Shown: in pieces, positions 52,613 to 64,000 of the stretch
Numbering within the stretch: the stretch's first letter is position 1
How the letters are laid out: each line of letters opens with the position of its first letter
Origin: Monocercomonoides exilis PA203
Lineage: Eukaryota; Protista; Preaxostyla
Length of the DNA stretch: 64,000 nt
NCBI GenBank assembly: GCA_001643675.2
Contig: LSRY02000060.1
Coordinates: 1-64,000, forward strand
Direction: 5' to 3'
Program-made: the position numbers and the translations under genes
The notes under the pieces: model-generated
Seen by the model: only the letters and a program-made list of their open reading frames with translations
What the model was told of the DNA's origin: nothing
Database searches by the model: none

Positions 52613-53242
52613 CATTCATTGTCAGCTGTATGCCCGTTGAGAAATATAAACAAATCGACATTCCAGTTGCCAAATGCTTCTGTTCTGTAATGTCCAACAA
52701 CAGAGTTGTCTTTTTCTGTGATGTTTCCCATGAAGGCGAACAAGGGCTCTTTCACAGAAGCAACAAGGGATTCTCACACAAAATGCACATTCATTCTTAA
52801 TGCTATTTCGCATACTTCCTGGATGACAAAGAATCTGATGAACTTAGCGTAAAAAAAAACATTTTTCCACAGGAGATATGCTAGTGTTGTCAGAGTAATT
52901 GATGAACATCGCAAGAAGAATGGAGCAGAAAGTACTGAAAGTGAAAGCAAATAATATCAGCTGTATTTTCTAAAGGAATATTTGGATAAGTCGATTTGAA
53001 ACAGAATGAAGAGGAGCAGTAAGTTGAAAATGAAGTAAATAGAGCATTTTATTCGAAGAATAAAAAAAAGAAGTGACGAGTTGAATCAGTTTTTCCGATT
53101 GATTGCTGTGTCATCTAATATTTGTTCATCATTTTATGATAGCGTTGAAATGAACTGCTGGAGCATGAACTTCGTAATGATGATTCAGCTCAATAAAAAT
53201 TTAACACGTTTCATAAAATTTAAAACAAATTAATTTTATATA

Positions 53243-53691
53243 CAGTCAAAGCCGGATAATATCACATCGGTTTTTGCACAACTTTTTGTGACTATATCCG
53301 ATTGCGATAATATACGATGCTGCTTAACACAGAAAAAAATATAAATTAATTTCATAAATAATTAATTTTTGGTCGATTTTTTTATTTTTGGAAATTCTTC
53401 ACAAATACACTTTTTTCACTTGCTTGAACAATTTTGATCATAAATACATATTATTTTGACTTATTTAAGCACATTTTTAAAAAAACGAAAAATTAAGATT
53501 TTTGATCAAATAATCGATTTTTCACTGAAAAAAGCACCCTTAATGAAAAAAATGTGATTATATATTTACAGCTCTGTGATTATTTGCAATGGAAAATGAA
53601 TGAAAAACTAGAAAAAAATGTCGGTGCATGGAAAAATGTGACTATATTCGAATGTGATTTTATTCGAAGTGATCATATCCGGTTTAGACTG
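53243..53691. mobile_element. Non-autonomous Tc1/mariner-pogo-like MITE (449 bp)
   Basis: TA|CAGTCAAAGCCGGATAATATCACATCG ... CGAAGTGATCATATCCGGTTTAGACTG|TA: imperfect ~27-bp terminal inverted repeats starting CAGT, a TA target-site duplication, and several subterminal TGTGAyTATATyCGA-like repeats. Confidence 0.88.
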
Positions 53692-55729
53692 TATTGATAT
53701 CTATCTGTATTATTTTTTATTTATAAGTTCTGTTTGAAAAGTTGAGAAACTTCTATTTTTTTCTGAAGTTTCTTTTATTTGTTTTTTGTTAATATTTATT
53801 AAACTTGATCAAAAAAATCCGTTCTATCTTCAAACATGAAAAAGGTATGTTTTTTTATATAAATAAAAAAAACAAATATATATTTCAGGAATTAAAGCTA
53901 AATACTTGTTATTAATCAATTTATTTTTTTGATCAATAAATACTACAATTGATTTTATTTTTTCGATTTTTGATATTTTTTTATGATTTCAAAAAAAATC
54001 AGCCATATGAAATCAATAAAAAAAGCATTGACAATTCAGTGAAACTTCTATTCCTGTTCAAATATTATTATAATGCAAACAATTTTCAAATCACACCTTT
54101 TATGAATATTCTCCTGATATTTCTTCAAAAAACAAATATGTTTTCTAAAATGAAAATAAGTTATTATTATAGATTTCGTTGCAAATATTTTTTTTGCATT
54201 ATAATGTTATATTCATTGTGATATGTGTACAGAATAAGTTTGGAACAAAACGTGATTTTTTTCAAAAATTAAAAAATTTCGCCTTATATCAAAAAAAATC
54301 ACCCATTTATGAAAGTCTTTCAAACTCTGAAAATCCTCAGTTAAGGTTAAACTATTTCCCTTGCCCCTTCCCATTACCAAAATATTATTAAAAAAACTTC
54401 ATCCAATCCTTCTTTGTTCAAAGAGAAAACAGAATAATCATTTTTGATCTCTTTCTATTGTCTTTTCACAATGCTGTTGTTCAATAATTTATTTTCCCTT
54501 GAGATCTTCAATTTCCTTTTTATTTCAAAGCAAATATTCGCTTCATTTTGAAATTTCATTTTCAAAAAATCACACACTCACAAAGTCTCTATCAAAAATT
54601 ATTATTGTTCACCCAAAATAGTATCATGTATTTGTGGTTCATCTTTTGGCATCATCTTTTTTTATATCTTTTTTGTCACAGATGACATTAATCTGATAAT
54701 TTCATATTTCTAAATTTTTTAACAGAAACAATTATTTCAAATTTCAAACAATAAACATGAAAAAAAAGAATTGACAAAATAATTTCGACATGTTCAGAAA
54801 ATCCCATTTCGGACTCATTAATAAGTGATATCTATGATTCCTTTTTTATGTCAATCTTTTCCAATAAAAAAGAAAGAAAGAAAAGTGAAGAATTCAGTTT
54901 TCACTTGTTTATTAATCATCAAAATATGAAAGTGTTTTCAAAGATTATTTTGAAAAATAAAAATTGAAAAAATAACAGCTATTCTCAACCATAGAATCCT
55001 TCCACATGGAAGAATCTTAAATGTTTGATAACCTTCGAACAGTATTAGATGCATTTCTATTTTGATGAAAAAATTCAGTGTGTTAAAATTAATCTACATA
55101 ACTTGACTATTCAAACTGTATTAGTGTTGCGCGCTGAAAAACACTGAATCAATAAAAAATGAACGAAACAAAAATTGAAAAGTTGGAAGGAAAAACAACG
55201 AAAATTGTTTGATTTAAACAAGATGTCTACAAATACATATCGGATTAACAATCGAAAAATAAGAATTACAATTCAACAAAAACTCCATTTATCAAAACAT
55301 TCGAAAAAGGTGTTGGAAAATCAATCAAAAGAATAAATATGAGAAACAACAGAAAATAAATACTTATGTCTATTAACAATCAGAAAGGGAAATACAATCA
55401 CAAATGCTTAAAAACGAAAAAAAATAGATAAATAAAAACAGTTGTTTTGGTGAATGACATAATCAAGCAAAAAAAAAAACACAAACAAAATAAAAACAAA
55501 TATTCATTTGAGGCTTTCCCACAAATCAAAACACATTCTCAAAAATAAAAAACTTTATTTTTTAAAATAAAAATCTTTCATCAATTCCACAAAGCAACCA
55601 CTGGTAATGCAGCTGCTCTGATATTTCCATTCCACCAACAAAACACTTATTCAAAACAACACCATCCATATTTATCCATCCATATTTCTTCCATTTCCTT
55701 TTCCTGCTCGCCTTCATTCCCATTCCAAA

Positions 55730-58700
55730 CTATTTCAAACTGCAACTGCTGCTGGTGTTTCCCTCATCTTTATCATCTTCATCATCCCCATCAACTTCAC
55801 CAATTTCATCATTATCATTATCATTAAAATCCTCTTCCTCATTATCCTGTCCATTCGCTTCGCAATACATCAACGACTGAATCGCAACTGCATCTGAAAC
55901 TGTCATGATCAGCGCTTCTTTCGGAAAGAGCCCAAGAAACTCCCGCTTCAAATCTCCCAATGTCGGCCGCAGCCCTGTCTCGCCTGACAGACACCCCTTC
56001 ACCACCTCTTCGAGAGTCGAGTGTTCATCCCCCATCCTCGGCCTCTCCCCACAAACAATCCTGTCTCCCGCAATCGCTGCCTCATACTCCCCAAACGGAA
56101 TCTCCAGTGTCACACACTCCCACAGCATCATCCCGATTGAGAACACAACTGACTCCTTTGTTGCCCCCATCTTCTTGTTCATCAGCAGCTCTGGCGCCTT
56201 CCATCTCAGGCACTCCTTTCTGAAGGCATCCTCATCCTCTTCAAATGCAGATGAGGGAAGGGAGTCATCATCATCATCATCATCATCACTGGCAGATGTC
56301 ACAACTGTTGACGATGAGATGGATGACGAGTCTGAATCATCATCTGACAATAAGTCCGAATGCATCACAATACAAATCACCATGTGTTCTGAGAACAACA
56401 CAATGTGCGGACTAAGACTGGACAATGATTGAAGAGGGTTTTCCATTTCATCAAACGAGTGGAGAGCAAGACTGGCCACCCAGAACAGGATCTGGGCAGC
56501 TGTTTGCTCCCTCTCCTGAAGAGTGCCAATCGCCATCTCCTTTGTTTTATTCTTTCCATGAAGCAGCATGAACATCGAATCCCTCAGATCCACAATCAGC
56601 TTTTCATATGGTGGTGAACAGGCCATTGCATCCACCAGATTCGATATCGATGAAGTAGTTGGACACAAATCTTCCATTCGAACAAATGTCGAATCTGAAT
56701 CAGTCGTTGAAGTGGATGAAATGGATGGAGATGGTGTTCTCTTTCTAATCTCTTCTTCTTCCTTCTCATCGACCTTCTCCAGCATCCATTCTGGAATCTT
56801 GTCTGAATCTCTTCCCAGAATATATTCAGTTGACCCACTCTCAGACAGAAGATGCTCAGATGACTCCGAATGTCCCAAGCGTTTCTCATACACTCTCTTC
56901 TTTATCCTCTCTTCATTCTTCTTTTCTGCCTCCCTCTCAGCTCTCTTCCACTGCTCCTCTGGCGACATCTCCATCGTCACCATCTCAAACGCCTTCGGGT
57001 CTTTTTTCACAGTGTCATTCACAATCTCTCTCAGATCTTTGTTCTCGTTCTTTGCCTTTCTCCATCGAACAGCTAATATTATTGATACGACAAGAACAAT
57101 CACAAGAATAACTGCCATGATAATCACAATCAGCAACCAATAGGATTTCCTTTCTTTCCCACTTTCAACAATCCTTCCATCCCCATTTCCCTTTGTTTCG
57201 CTTGCATTCTTCAGAATGATTGAATTTGTTGAGGAAGGAGACTTTGCATTCCCAAACAAAATATACGCACTCACCTCAATTTCATCTCCACAACTGCTGA
57301 TTAGATCTTTTCCCACACTTCCTTCAACTTCTCTTTCGGATAAAACCCCATTTGAATCAAAATCATAATGTTCAATCTCTTTCTCTTCTCCTTTTCTCTT
57401 CACAACTGAGAATGACAGATTACATGGAATAAGAAGCAATCCTTTGAATATCAACTTCATTCTATCTGTCTCTTCTTTTGCTTCCACCCTCTCCAGCACA
57501 GGAATGAAGAACGATGAATCCCTCTCAGAAACAATCCCTTCAAAACTGCACCCGTCATTCAGCATCCAGAGTGATGAATTATCCTTCCATCCATCTCCTC
57601 CCTTCAAACTCATCACATTCAATGTTCCTGAATCTGAACAGATGATGTTTCTTCTCAGCGATGGATACCCTTCAAAAGTTGGATTATTGTTCTCAAATCT
57701 TCCTTCATTAACAGTCAACTCCCCTCCACTCATTGTTATTCCTCCTTCTGGTGAATTCGATATTGAAGTGTCTTTCATCAACGCAGAACTCTTCACAACA
57801 TCCACAAGAGAACCTTCCCATCTGCATATCTCTTCCCCTTCATTCAAATATTGCTCATTTCTTTCCTTTGAACTCCCATCAAAAAGGCAACTGTCCATTT
57901 TCACATCTGTGCAATCCTCCAATTTCATTAATTTTCCTTTTGTGGTCTTTGAACTGATTCCAACTATTGTGCAATTTGCCAACTGCATCGTCTTTTTCAT
58001 TGACAAGCAAGATATCAGTGATACTCCATTTCCTTCAACCATGATATTTTCTGTATTGAAATCCTTAATTGTTAATTGAACACATTTGTTTATATTTACC
58101 AGAGAAGTTATAATTGTTGAATTACAAATTGTTAATGAATCAATTACTGATGGAAGAGAAGATGAAAGATATAATGTATATTTTTGAAGAATGAGATTTG
58201 ATATTGCACATCCATCAACTTGTAATTCTCCTTTTTCCATGTTTATTATGCGAAATGGGATGTTTGCAAATGCAGAATTTCCTTCTTCATCAGATTGTTT
58301 TGAACTGAATGAACAATTCATAATTTCAAGCATTCCTCCTTCTGGTGAGATCAACGATTCGTGTGAAGAGATGAAATTCGAATCAAATACAAAGTTCACT
58401 CTCATCAACGAGACTGTTCCGGCTGTTGTAACCAATGCATCCTTTCTTTTTTCAATCTCTGATTTCACTTCAACTTCACACATTTCTCTGCTCTTCGAAC
58501 TCAAACTCATTTCTTTCAGATTTATCTCTTCATCAATCACACTTTCTTCAACAATGAACATTTGACTGATGAAATCTGAAGTCAAATGCATCAGTCCATA
58601 ATCGATTGAATCACATGGAAGTGTGTTTGTTCCGCATTGTCTCTCATTCGATCCATTCACACTGCTCACAATAATGGTGTCACTCTGATGGATAGTCACA

Positions 58701-61700
58701 AATCCAATAAGATCTGTATCTTCTTTGTGCTCACAACTATCCATTCCATATATTGCATTGTAACGATTGTAATGACGATCTCGAAGATCAGACTGGAATT
58801 GGCTTTCATTGATCTGGGATGTGATGTTGAAACATTCAATGAAAATGTCATTTCCCACTCTTGCTGTATTTGAACTGAATTTCATTCTCACAAATGTGAA
58901 ATTCAATTCTCCTCTTTCCTTTGTTGCCAGATACACACCTCCTCCTTTCCCATTGGTGCAGCTGCAACGGCTGATTGTTGAGTCAACCATCTTCATCGAT
59001 CCAGATGCACCCAATGTGAAGAATATTGCACCTCCTTTTTCACTCATTTCCGCTTTGTCTTCTGTGATGTTGCTCGAATTCACAACCAAACAAGTCTTTT
59101 TCTCACTCTTCGATTCCAAAACGCTTGCTCCATTTCCAATTCTCTTCACCCCTGAAAATGATGAATTATCAATATTAAGACTCATTTCCTCACCCACTTC
59201 ATTTATCTTCAATCCTGATTCAGATTTCTTGATTGATAAAATGCATCCACCACTTTCATTCAACGATTCAACTCGAACATTCACAAAATGGCAAGTAATT
59301 CCAGAATCATGAATGACAAAAATACTGTTTCCAACATTGCATGATTCCATCGACAGATCATTCACTTCCACATTGCCTCCAATCACATCTACAAATACAC
59401 AATCAAATCCATTGTTTACTCCAGCCTCTGAATGGAATGAACATTCACTTATCACCAAAGTTCCTTCTTTGTTTGAAATAATTGTTTTGGCTGAATTGTC
59501 AAATCCAGTTGACAGTTTCAGTTGGATATTCGTCAATTCAAAATGAATATCATTTTCCATGAAATATTCCAGCTGACTTCCAATCGCCTTTTCAAAATTC
59601 AATTTGGCTTTCACATTCTCTTCTCCAATCGTTGCACTTTTTTTGATCTGATAATTGGACACATTGAATGAATCTCGAACAATAGTTGATTCTTCAATCT
59701 GAATTGTTTTTCTTCCAATTTCCTTTTTCATGTTTTTCATTCCTTTCCACATCGTTTGGCATGGCTCTTCCTCACTTCCGCATCTTGCAACATCATATCC
59801 TTCAGATGAGATAAATATCTCAATGGAGCTGTATGGAATTAGAAACATGAACAAATCCTTTTCTTGATGATTGTTATCACTTCCAACAAAAAGAGTTTTG
59901 TCATTTGTCATTGATGAGTAATCAAACTTGAACGAAGCATTTGTCACAGAAGAATTAAAATCCTTTCCCAAAATGAACATGTTTTTTCCATATTCTCCAT
60001 CATTTCTTTCAAACAACAAATTTCCTGACAATTCAAACATCGCATCTGCATCTATCAACGAAAGAAACATTCCTCCTCCTTTCCCTTTACTTCCACTCGT
60101 TGATGGAGCACAACACTTTTCAAATCTTGTTGAAGATACATGAAATTCAGAGGGATTATCCAATGAAACTGACAGTCCTCCCCCTCCTTTTCCATTCTCA
60201 TTCACTTTGCATATCCTGAATGTGCAATTCTCAATTCTCATTGAATCTTTGCTTCCATCACCATTCGAATCCACATGAAGGCATCCCCCATCTCCTGCTC
60301 CTCTTGTTATGTTCTCAAATGAGGTGTTCGTCAATGTGGTTGATGAACACTTCTCAACCTGAATTGCTCCACAACTCGGCAAATCACAATTTGTGATCGA
60401 GCAATTCTGGATTTTGGCTGAACTGCTTGTGGCAATCTCAATCAATCCACTCACTCCATTTGATGTTGTTTGGTTGATAATCACCTCGTCCATCATGCAT
60501 TCACAACTCCCATTCACAACAATCACACACACTCCAAATCTCACTTCTTCTACACTTCCTCCACATTTCATCCGGATAATCTCCACATTTCCTCTACTCG
60601 CACTCACAAACACATAATTCTCAGAATCCACTCCATCCCCCATCTTCATCCCACAATCAGCAAATCTCATTGTACCTCCTAAAGAATGGATAAATGATGA
60701 TCGTTCCCCGATTGATCCTCCCAATTCAAACAATATCCCTGTCAATGTTGATGAAACACTGTTCATCACCAATGCTTCTTGTGTTTTTGTTCCTGTTCCT
60801 CCAACTTTCAATCCAACATCTTTGTTGCTCGAATCAATCACATATGACTGTTCATTCAACTTCACTTCTTCAACAAATGAAAATGTGCTTGTCAGTCTGA
60901 TCACTCTCTTTGAACTCGGAAACTGAACTTCTCCAACATTCCCAATTCCTATGCATGGGAAATCTTCATATCCACACAGCCTGAATTCACTTCCTTGTTC
61001 TCTCCCACTCACATATGCTGGTGATGAAAATGTTCGAAGAAACACAACAAGTGGAACAATCAACTCTGGCTTGTTTCGTTCTCTTCCACAAAGTTCAATC
61101 AAATCCACAACATTCACTTCAATCACTGGATTGAATCCAATTGAAGTGCTGTTGATAACAGCTGACAAGTCCTGTGCTTCCACAAACAAATTCTTCCCTC
61201 CCAATGTTGCAGCACAACCAGCAAAACTCACTGATGATATTGAAAAGTCAAATGAGCTATCTGCCAGCCATAGCATCACTCCTCCTCCATATCCGCTGCA
61301 CTTCGTTTTGTTGAATTTTGTTGTTCCTCCGCTGTGCGATGTTGACGTTCCAATTCTAACTTGACTTGAAGAAGATGTCAACTCAACCTTTATCCCTCCT
61401 CCATTCCCATTCGCACATTCACATCCTTCTATTGTTGTGTTCCACACCACAAATGTCTCTCCTCCCTTCACTCTTTTTGTCATCACCACTCCATCTCCTC
61501 CTGTCCGATTAACATTTCGAACTGTCACATTCCCCAGTAAACTCTCTCCTGATGACGATCCTGCTGATGATGGTTCAGCGAAAAGAGGCCGACTCATTTT
61601 TATATTTTCTATCTTCACATCTATCATCCTCAACTGCCTCAGTGCCATCACAAATATCGATGCTGACATTCCGCTCCCACCTGATGTCGAAGAACTGATC

Positions 61701-63907
61701 GCAACATCCTCCAACGAAAGTGTCCCACTCCCCACAGACACCACAAATACACTCGGTGATGTGCTTCTTGCTGCGTTGTGGTCGATCCCCAAATGCCCCA
61801 CCTCCAGTTGGCCAGAAGATATGCTGAACAGCGTTGTCGATGAAGAAGAAAGCGAATTCGTACTAATCACATTCACTGACTTCCCTCTCCCAACAATCAA
61901 AATCTTCTTTCCACCAACATTGATCGTAGCCCCTTCACTCACATGCCTCCCATTCAGCACTGAAATTCCGAAACTAATTAAATTATAGCATTTATTCACG
62001 CAATATCCAATCGTTTTACAAGGCATCGTCTCATTAATTCCGCATAATTCATTCGAGTCATTTCCATTCTCTCCAACATAAATTGTTTTGTCCTTCAGCC
62101 AATCCTTCTTTTCTATCTGCTGATTACCATTATAATAATAGCACACTCTCTTATCATTAGTATTTGTTGTGTAAGATTCGTAGAACGGATTGTTCGATGA
62201 AAAAAGATTGTAATAATCTGAAAAATACACATCATGGCCATATGGAGTGGAAATTCTTGTACATCTGCAATCGTGGAAGAAGAAGAAATAGCAATAAATG
62301 TTGTTGCTTGGAGCTGTTTTTTGACTCGTGTGAAAATCCAATCCTCCGCCACATGAATATGTAGAGCACGAAATGAACTGAATACTTCTCATTTTGAATG
62401 CAGATGGAACACTTTGACAATACATCCCTCCGCCAATTGAACCTGTTGAGCACGAAGTGAATAGACACTCAAACACACAAGCACTCTCCCCTTTGCCGTT
62501 TTCTGTTCCGACACATCCAGATCCAGAAACATAAAAAGTGTTAAGATAAAGTCCTCCTCCAAAACTTTTCGCTTTGCAATTCCGGAATTTACACCCACTG
62601 ATCCTGACACATGACGAAATCGAATAAACATACATTCCTCCTCCAGTACTATTTTGTGCAGTGCAAGCATTGAATGAGTTGTTCTCAATCTTGATTGAAC
62701 TGATCGAATAGCAAAAAATTCCTCCCCCATCAGAAGATGCAGTGCAGTCATTGAACGAACAAAATCTCACTGAAAGTGTTCCTGATGAAATACTATACAT
62801 GTTTATCGCTCCTCCATTCGAAGCCCTATCTGTAACTGTGCTTTGATTTCCAGTGGTTTTTGAGCCATTCCACACGCACCAGGTGAATGAATTCGCCCCA
62901 TTGTCTGTAATCTGCTGTCTCGCTGGTTTCGATGGATTCCCCTCGCTCCCGCTGACTGCAACATTCTGAGTGCGATAGCACCTGGTAAATGAGGTGTTCG
63001 AGGCAGACAACGAAGATGAAGGGCTGTTCAGCGATGGGACAATGCCCCCATCATAAACATCCCACACCGATGAAAACAAGCACCCACTCATCAGAAATGC
63101 TCTTTCGTTCAGCCCTTCAGCCAGATGTGTTGTTTTCGATGGATTTGTGGAGATGTTGAAGAATTCTAATTGGGAAAGAGAAACAAAGTGAAATGAGATG
63201 AATGGGGCTGAAGATACACAAAATGATGAGAATTGTGAAGAACAAACAGAAATGAAGCATTTCTCTGAAATCTCTCCTTCCACTGCTTTTGAAGAGAAAA
63301 GTGGAGGAAATATCTGTTCTGTCAAGGTTGAAGATGATCTGAGGGAAATGTTGGTGAACAATCCACAGCTCCCACACAAATCAAAGGGGGGTGTCTCTCT
63401 CTCAACTCCAATTACACATCCACTCACCTCAACAAAACTTCCATTTGATGCCCTGAGCACACTCTCCCCATCCATTTCCCTCAATCCCAATGAATTCAGT
63501 TTCATTGATGAATTGACCAAAACAACACTTCCCTCAACCCCACTCCCACCGCACACACCCTCCTTTCCCCACATTTTCCACTCTTCACAAAAACCCCATT
63601 TTCGAACTTTCCCAATCTCTCCCCTTCCTTCATTCCATTGTTTTGTGTATTTCTTCATCATTCTCCCTTCATTCCTGATTTCTCTCGCTCCTCCTTCTTT
63701 TCCTTCAATATATGTGTCGAATAAATTACTATCTCCATATTTGTTGTTTTGAGCCTTCTCTCGACATGTGCCTTCAGGATAATCCAATTCTCCTTCTTTC
63801 GCTGATTCCTCAACAAATCCTGCTCCATTACTTGCAGCACCCTTGCACACGCACCTCACACTAATTATCCACACGCAATAAAATATTCCTGACAACTTCA
63901 ATGTCAT
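55730..63907 (-). CDS. ~2,725-aa type I membrane protein: signal peptide, right-handed beta-helix (PMP/pectin-lyase-like) ectodomain, TM helix, degenerate kinase C-lobe
   Basis: The first in-frame ATG at 63907 gives MTLKLSGIFYCVWIISVRCVCKG. Repeated GG[A/G][I/M/L/V] and FxxC motifs, and four 'xVxxxGxDxxxCGxxxxPCxxI' modules. TM segment YWLLIVIIMAVILVIVLVVSIILAV at ~57065-57143. Kinase subdomain VIII-XI motifs (LRWKAPE, VFSIGMMLWE, GERP, RPT) are present but HRD and DFG are absent. The ORF is uninterrupted. Confidence 0.9.
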   Translation of the reverse strand: MTLKLSGIFYCVWIISVRCVCKGAASNGAGFVEESAKEGELDYPEGTCREKAQNNKYGDSNLFDTYIEGKEGGAREIRNEGRMMKKYTKQWNEGRGEIGKVRKWGFCEEWKMWGKEGVCGGSGVEGSVVLVNSSMKLNSLGLREMDGESVLRASNGSFVEVSGCVIGVERETPPFDLCGSCGLFTNISLRSSSTLTEQIFPPLFSSKAVEGEISEKCFISVCSSQFSSFCVSSAPFISFHFVSLSQLEFFNISTNPSKTTHLAEGLNERAFLMSGCLFSSVWDVYDGGIVPSLNSPSSSLSASNTSFTRCYRTQNVAVSGSEGNPSKPARQQITDNGANSFTWCVWNGSKTTGNQSTVTDRASNGGAINMYSISSGTLSVRFCSFNDCTASSDGGGIFCYSISSIKIENNSFNACTAQNSTGGGMYVYSISSCVRISGCKFRNCKAKSFGGGLYLNTFYVSGSGCVGTENGKGESACVFECLFTSCSTGSIGGGMYCQSVPSAFKMRSIQFISCSTYSCGGGLDFHTSQKTAPSNNIYCYFFFFHDCRCTRISTPYGHDVYFSDYYNLFSSNNPFYESYTTNTNDKRVCYYYNGNQQIEKKDWLKDKTIYVGENGNDSNELCGINETMPCKTIGYCVNKCYNLISFGISVLNGRHVSEGATINVGGKKILIVGRGKSVNVISTNSLSSSSTTLFSISSGQLEVGHLGIDHNAARSTSPSVFVVSVGSGTLSLEDVAISSSTSGGSGMSASIFVMALRQLRMIDVKIENIKMSRPLFAEPSSAGSSSGESLLGNVTVRNVNRTGGDGVVMTKRVKGGETFVVWNTTIEGCECANGNGGGIKVELTSSSSQVRIGTSTSHSGGTTKFNKTKCSGYGGGVMLWLADSSFDFSISSVSFAGCAATLGGKNLFVEAQDLSAVINSTSIGFNPVIEVNVVDLIELCGRERNKPELIVPLVVFLRTFSSPAYVSGREQGSEFRLCGYEDFPCIGIGNVGEVQFPSSKRVIRLTSTFSFVEEVKLNEQSYVIDSSNKDVGLKVGGTGTKTQEALVMNSVSSTLTGILFELGGSIGERSSFIHSLGGTMRFADCGMKMGDGVDSENYVFVSASRGNVEIIRMKCGGSVEEVRFGVCVIVVNGSCECMMDEVIINQTTSNGVSGLIEIATSSSAKIQNCSITNCDLPSCGAIQVEKCSSTTLTNTSFENITRGAGDGGCLHVDSNGDGSKDSMRIENCTFRICKVNENGKGGGGLSVSLDNPSEFHVSSTRFEKCCAPSTSGSKGKGGGMFLSLIDADAMFELSGNLLFERNDGEYGKNMFILGKDFNSSVTNASFKFDYSSMTNDKTLFVGSDNNHQEKDLFMFLIPYSSIEIFISSEGYDVARCGSEEEPCQTMWKGMKNMKKEIGRKTIQIEESTIVRDSFNVSNYQIKKSATIGEENVKAKLNFEKAIGSQLEYFMENDIHFELTNIQLKLSTGFDNSAKTIISNKEGTLVISECSFHSEAGVNNGFDCVFVDVIGGNVEVNDLSMESCNVGNSIFVIHDSGITCHFVNVRVESLNESGGCILSIKKSESGLKINEVGEEMSLNIDNSSFSGVKRIGNGASVLESKSEKKTCLVVNSSNITEDKAEMSEKGGAIFFTLGASGSMKMVDSTISRCSCTNGKGGGVYLATKERGELNFTFVRMKFSSNTARVGNDIFIECFNITSQINESQFQSDLRDRHYNRYNAIYGMDSCEHKEDTDLIGFVTIHQSDTIIVSSVNGSNERQCGTNTLPCDSIDYGLMHLTSDFISQMFIVEESVIDEEINLKEMSLSSKSREMCEVEVKSEIEKRKDALVTTAGTVSLMRVNFVFDSNFISSHESLISPEGGMLEIMNCSFSSKQSDEEGNSAFANIPFRIINMEKGELQVDGCAISNLILQKYTLYLSSSLPSVIDSLTICNSTIITSLVNINKCVQLTIKDFNTENIMVEGNGVSLISCLSMKKTMQLANCTIVGISSKTTKGKLMKLEDCTDVKMDSCLFDGSSKERNEQYLNEGEEICRWEGSLVDVVKSSALMKDTSISNSPEGGITMSGGELTVNEGRFENNNPTFEGYPSLRRNIICSDSGTLNVMSLKGGDGWKDNSSLWMLNDGCSFEGIVSERDSSFFIPVLERVEAKEETDRMKLIFKGLLLIPCNLSFSVVKRKGEEKEIEHYDFDSNGVLSEREVEGSVGKDLISSCGDEIEVSAYILFGNAKSPSSTNSIILKNASETKGNGDGRIVESGKERKSYWLLIVIIMAVILVIVLVVSIILAVRWRKAKNENKDLREIVNDTVKKDPKAFEMVTMEMSPEEQWKRAEREAEKKNEERIKKRVYEKRLGHSESSEHLLSESGSTEYILGRDSDKIPEWMLEKVDEKEEEEIRKRTPSPSISSTSTTDSDSTFVRMEDLCPTTSSISNLVDAMACSPPYEKLIVDLRDSMFMLLHGKNKTKEMAIGTLQEREQTAAQILFWVASLALHSFDEMENPLQSLSSLSPHIVLFSEHMVICIVMHSDLLSDDDSDSSSISSSTVVTSASDDDDDDDDSLPSSAFEEDEDAFRKECLRWKAPELLMNKKMGATKESVVFSIGMMLWECVTLEIPFGEYEAAIAGDRIVCGERPRMGDEHSTLEEVVKGCLSGETGLRPTLGDLKREFLGLFPKEALIMTVSDAVAIQSLMYCEANGQDNEEEDFNDNDNDEIGEVDGDDEDDKDEGNTSSSCSLK

Positions 63908-64000
63908 GCCTCTCCAACTGTTATCTTTTCTTTTTTCAGTCACAGACTAATATGGGTACTTCAACTATAAAAAAAAACATTCGAATTTCGTTGAATATCA

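Noticed and set aside
52622-53000. Short ORF fragments on both strands
   Set aside because: They are interrupted by stops and show no recognisable homology.
55905-63840. Many plus-strand and alternate-frame ORFs overlapping the large gene (and likewise over the YR genes)
   Set aside because: They are antisense or shifted-frame shadows of the real CDSs.

Overview
This window is the left end of an AT-rich eukaryotic chromosome that uses the standard genetic code. The gene content resembles an oxymonad such as Monocercomonoides (inference from recalled gene families, not a search). From the tip inward it holds ~2.6 kb of (CCCTAA)n telomere, then ~87 near-identical copies of a ~351-bp satellite (to 33278) whose inner edge lies inside a perfect 23-bp-arm hairpin. 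Next is a subtelomeric cluster of three tyrosine-recombinase (YR) genes with predicted introns, all pointing toward the telomere. YR1 and YR2 have intact R-K-HxxR-W-Y catalytic motifs and C-terminal Myb domains. The YR1 Myb is telobox-like (DLKDRWRN) and is reached by a +1 frame change at TTT-TAG. YR3 is a YR2 paralog cut off just before the catalytic Arg by (TTAGG)3. A short interstitial telomere tract separates YR2 from YR1. Further in are a TA-flanked Tc1/mariner-pogo-like MITE and a ~2,725-aa beta-helix/TM/pseudokinase surface-receptor-like gene. The main candidate novel system is a Crypton-like YR-Myb (telobox) family that may recombine at telomeric repeats and build the subtelomere stepwise. 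The ~130 short ORFs in the telomere and satellite are artefacts of the repeat.
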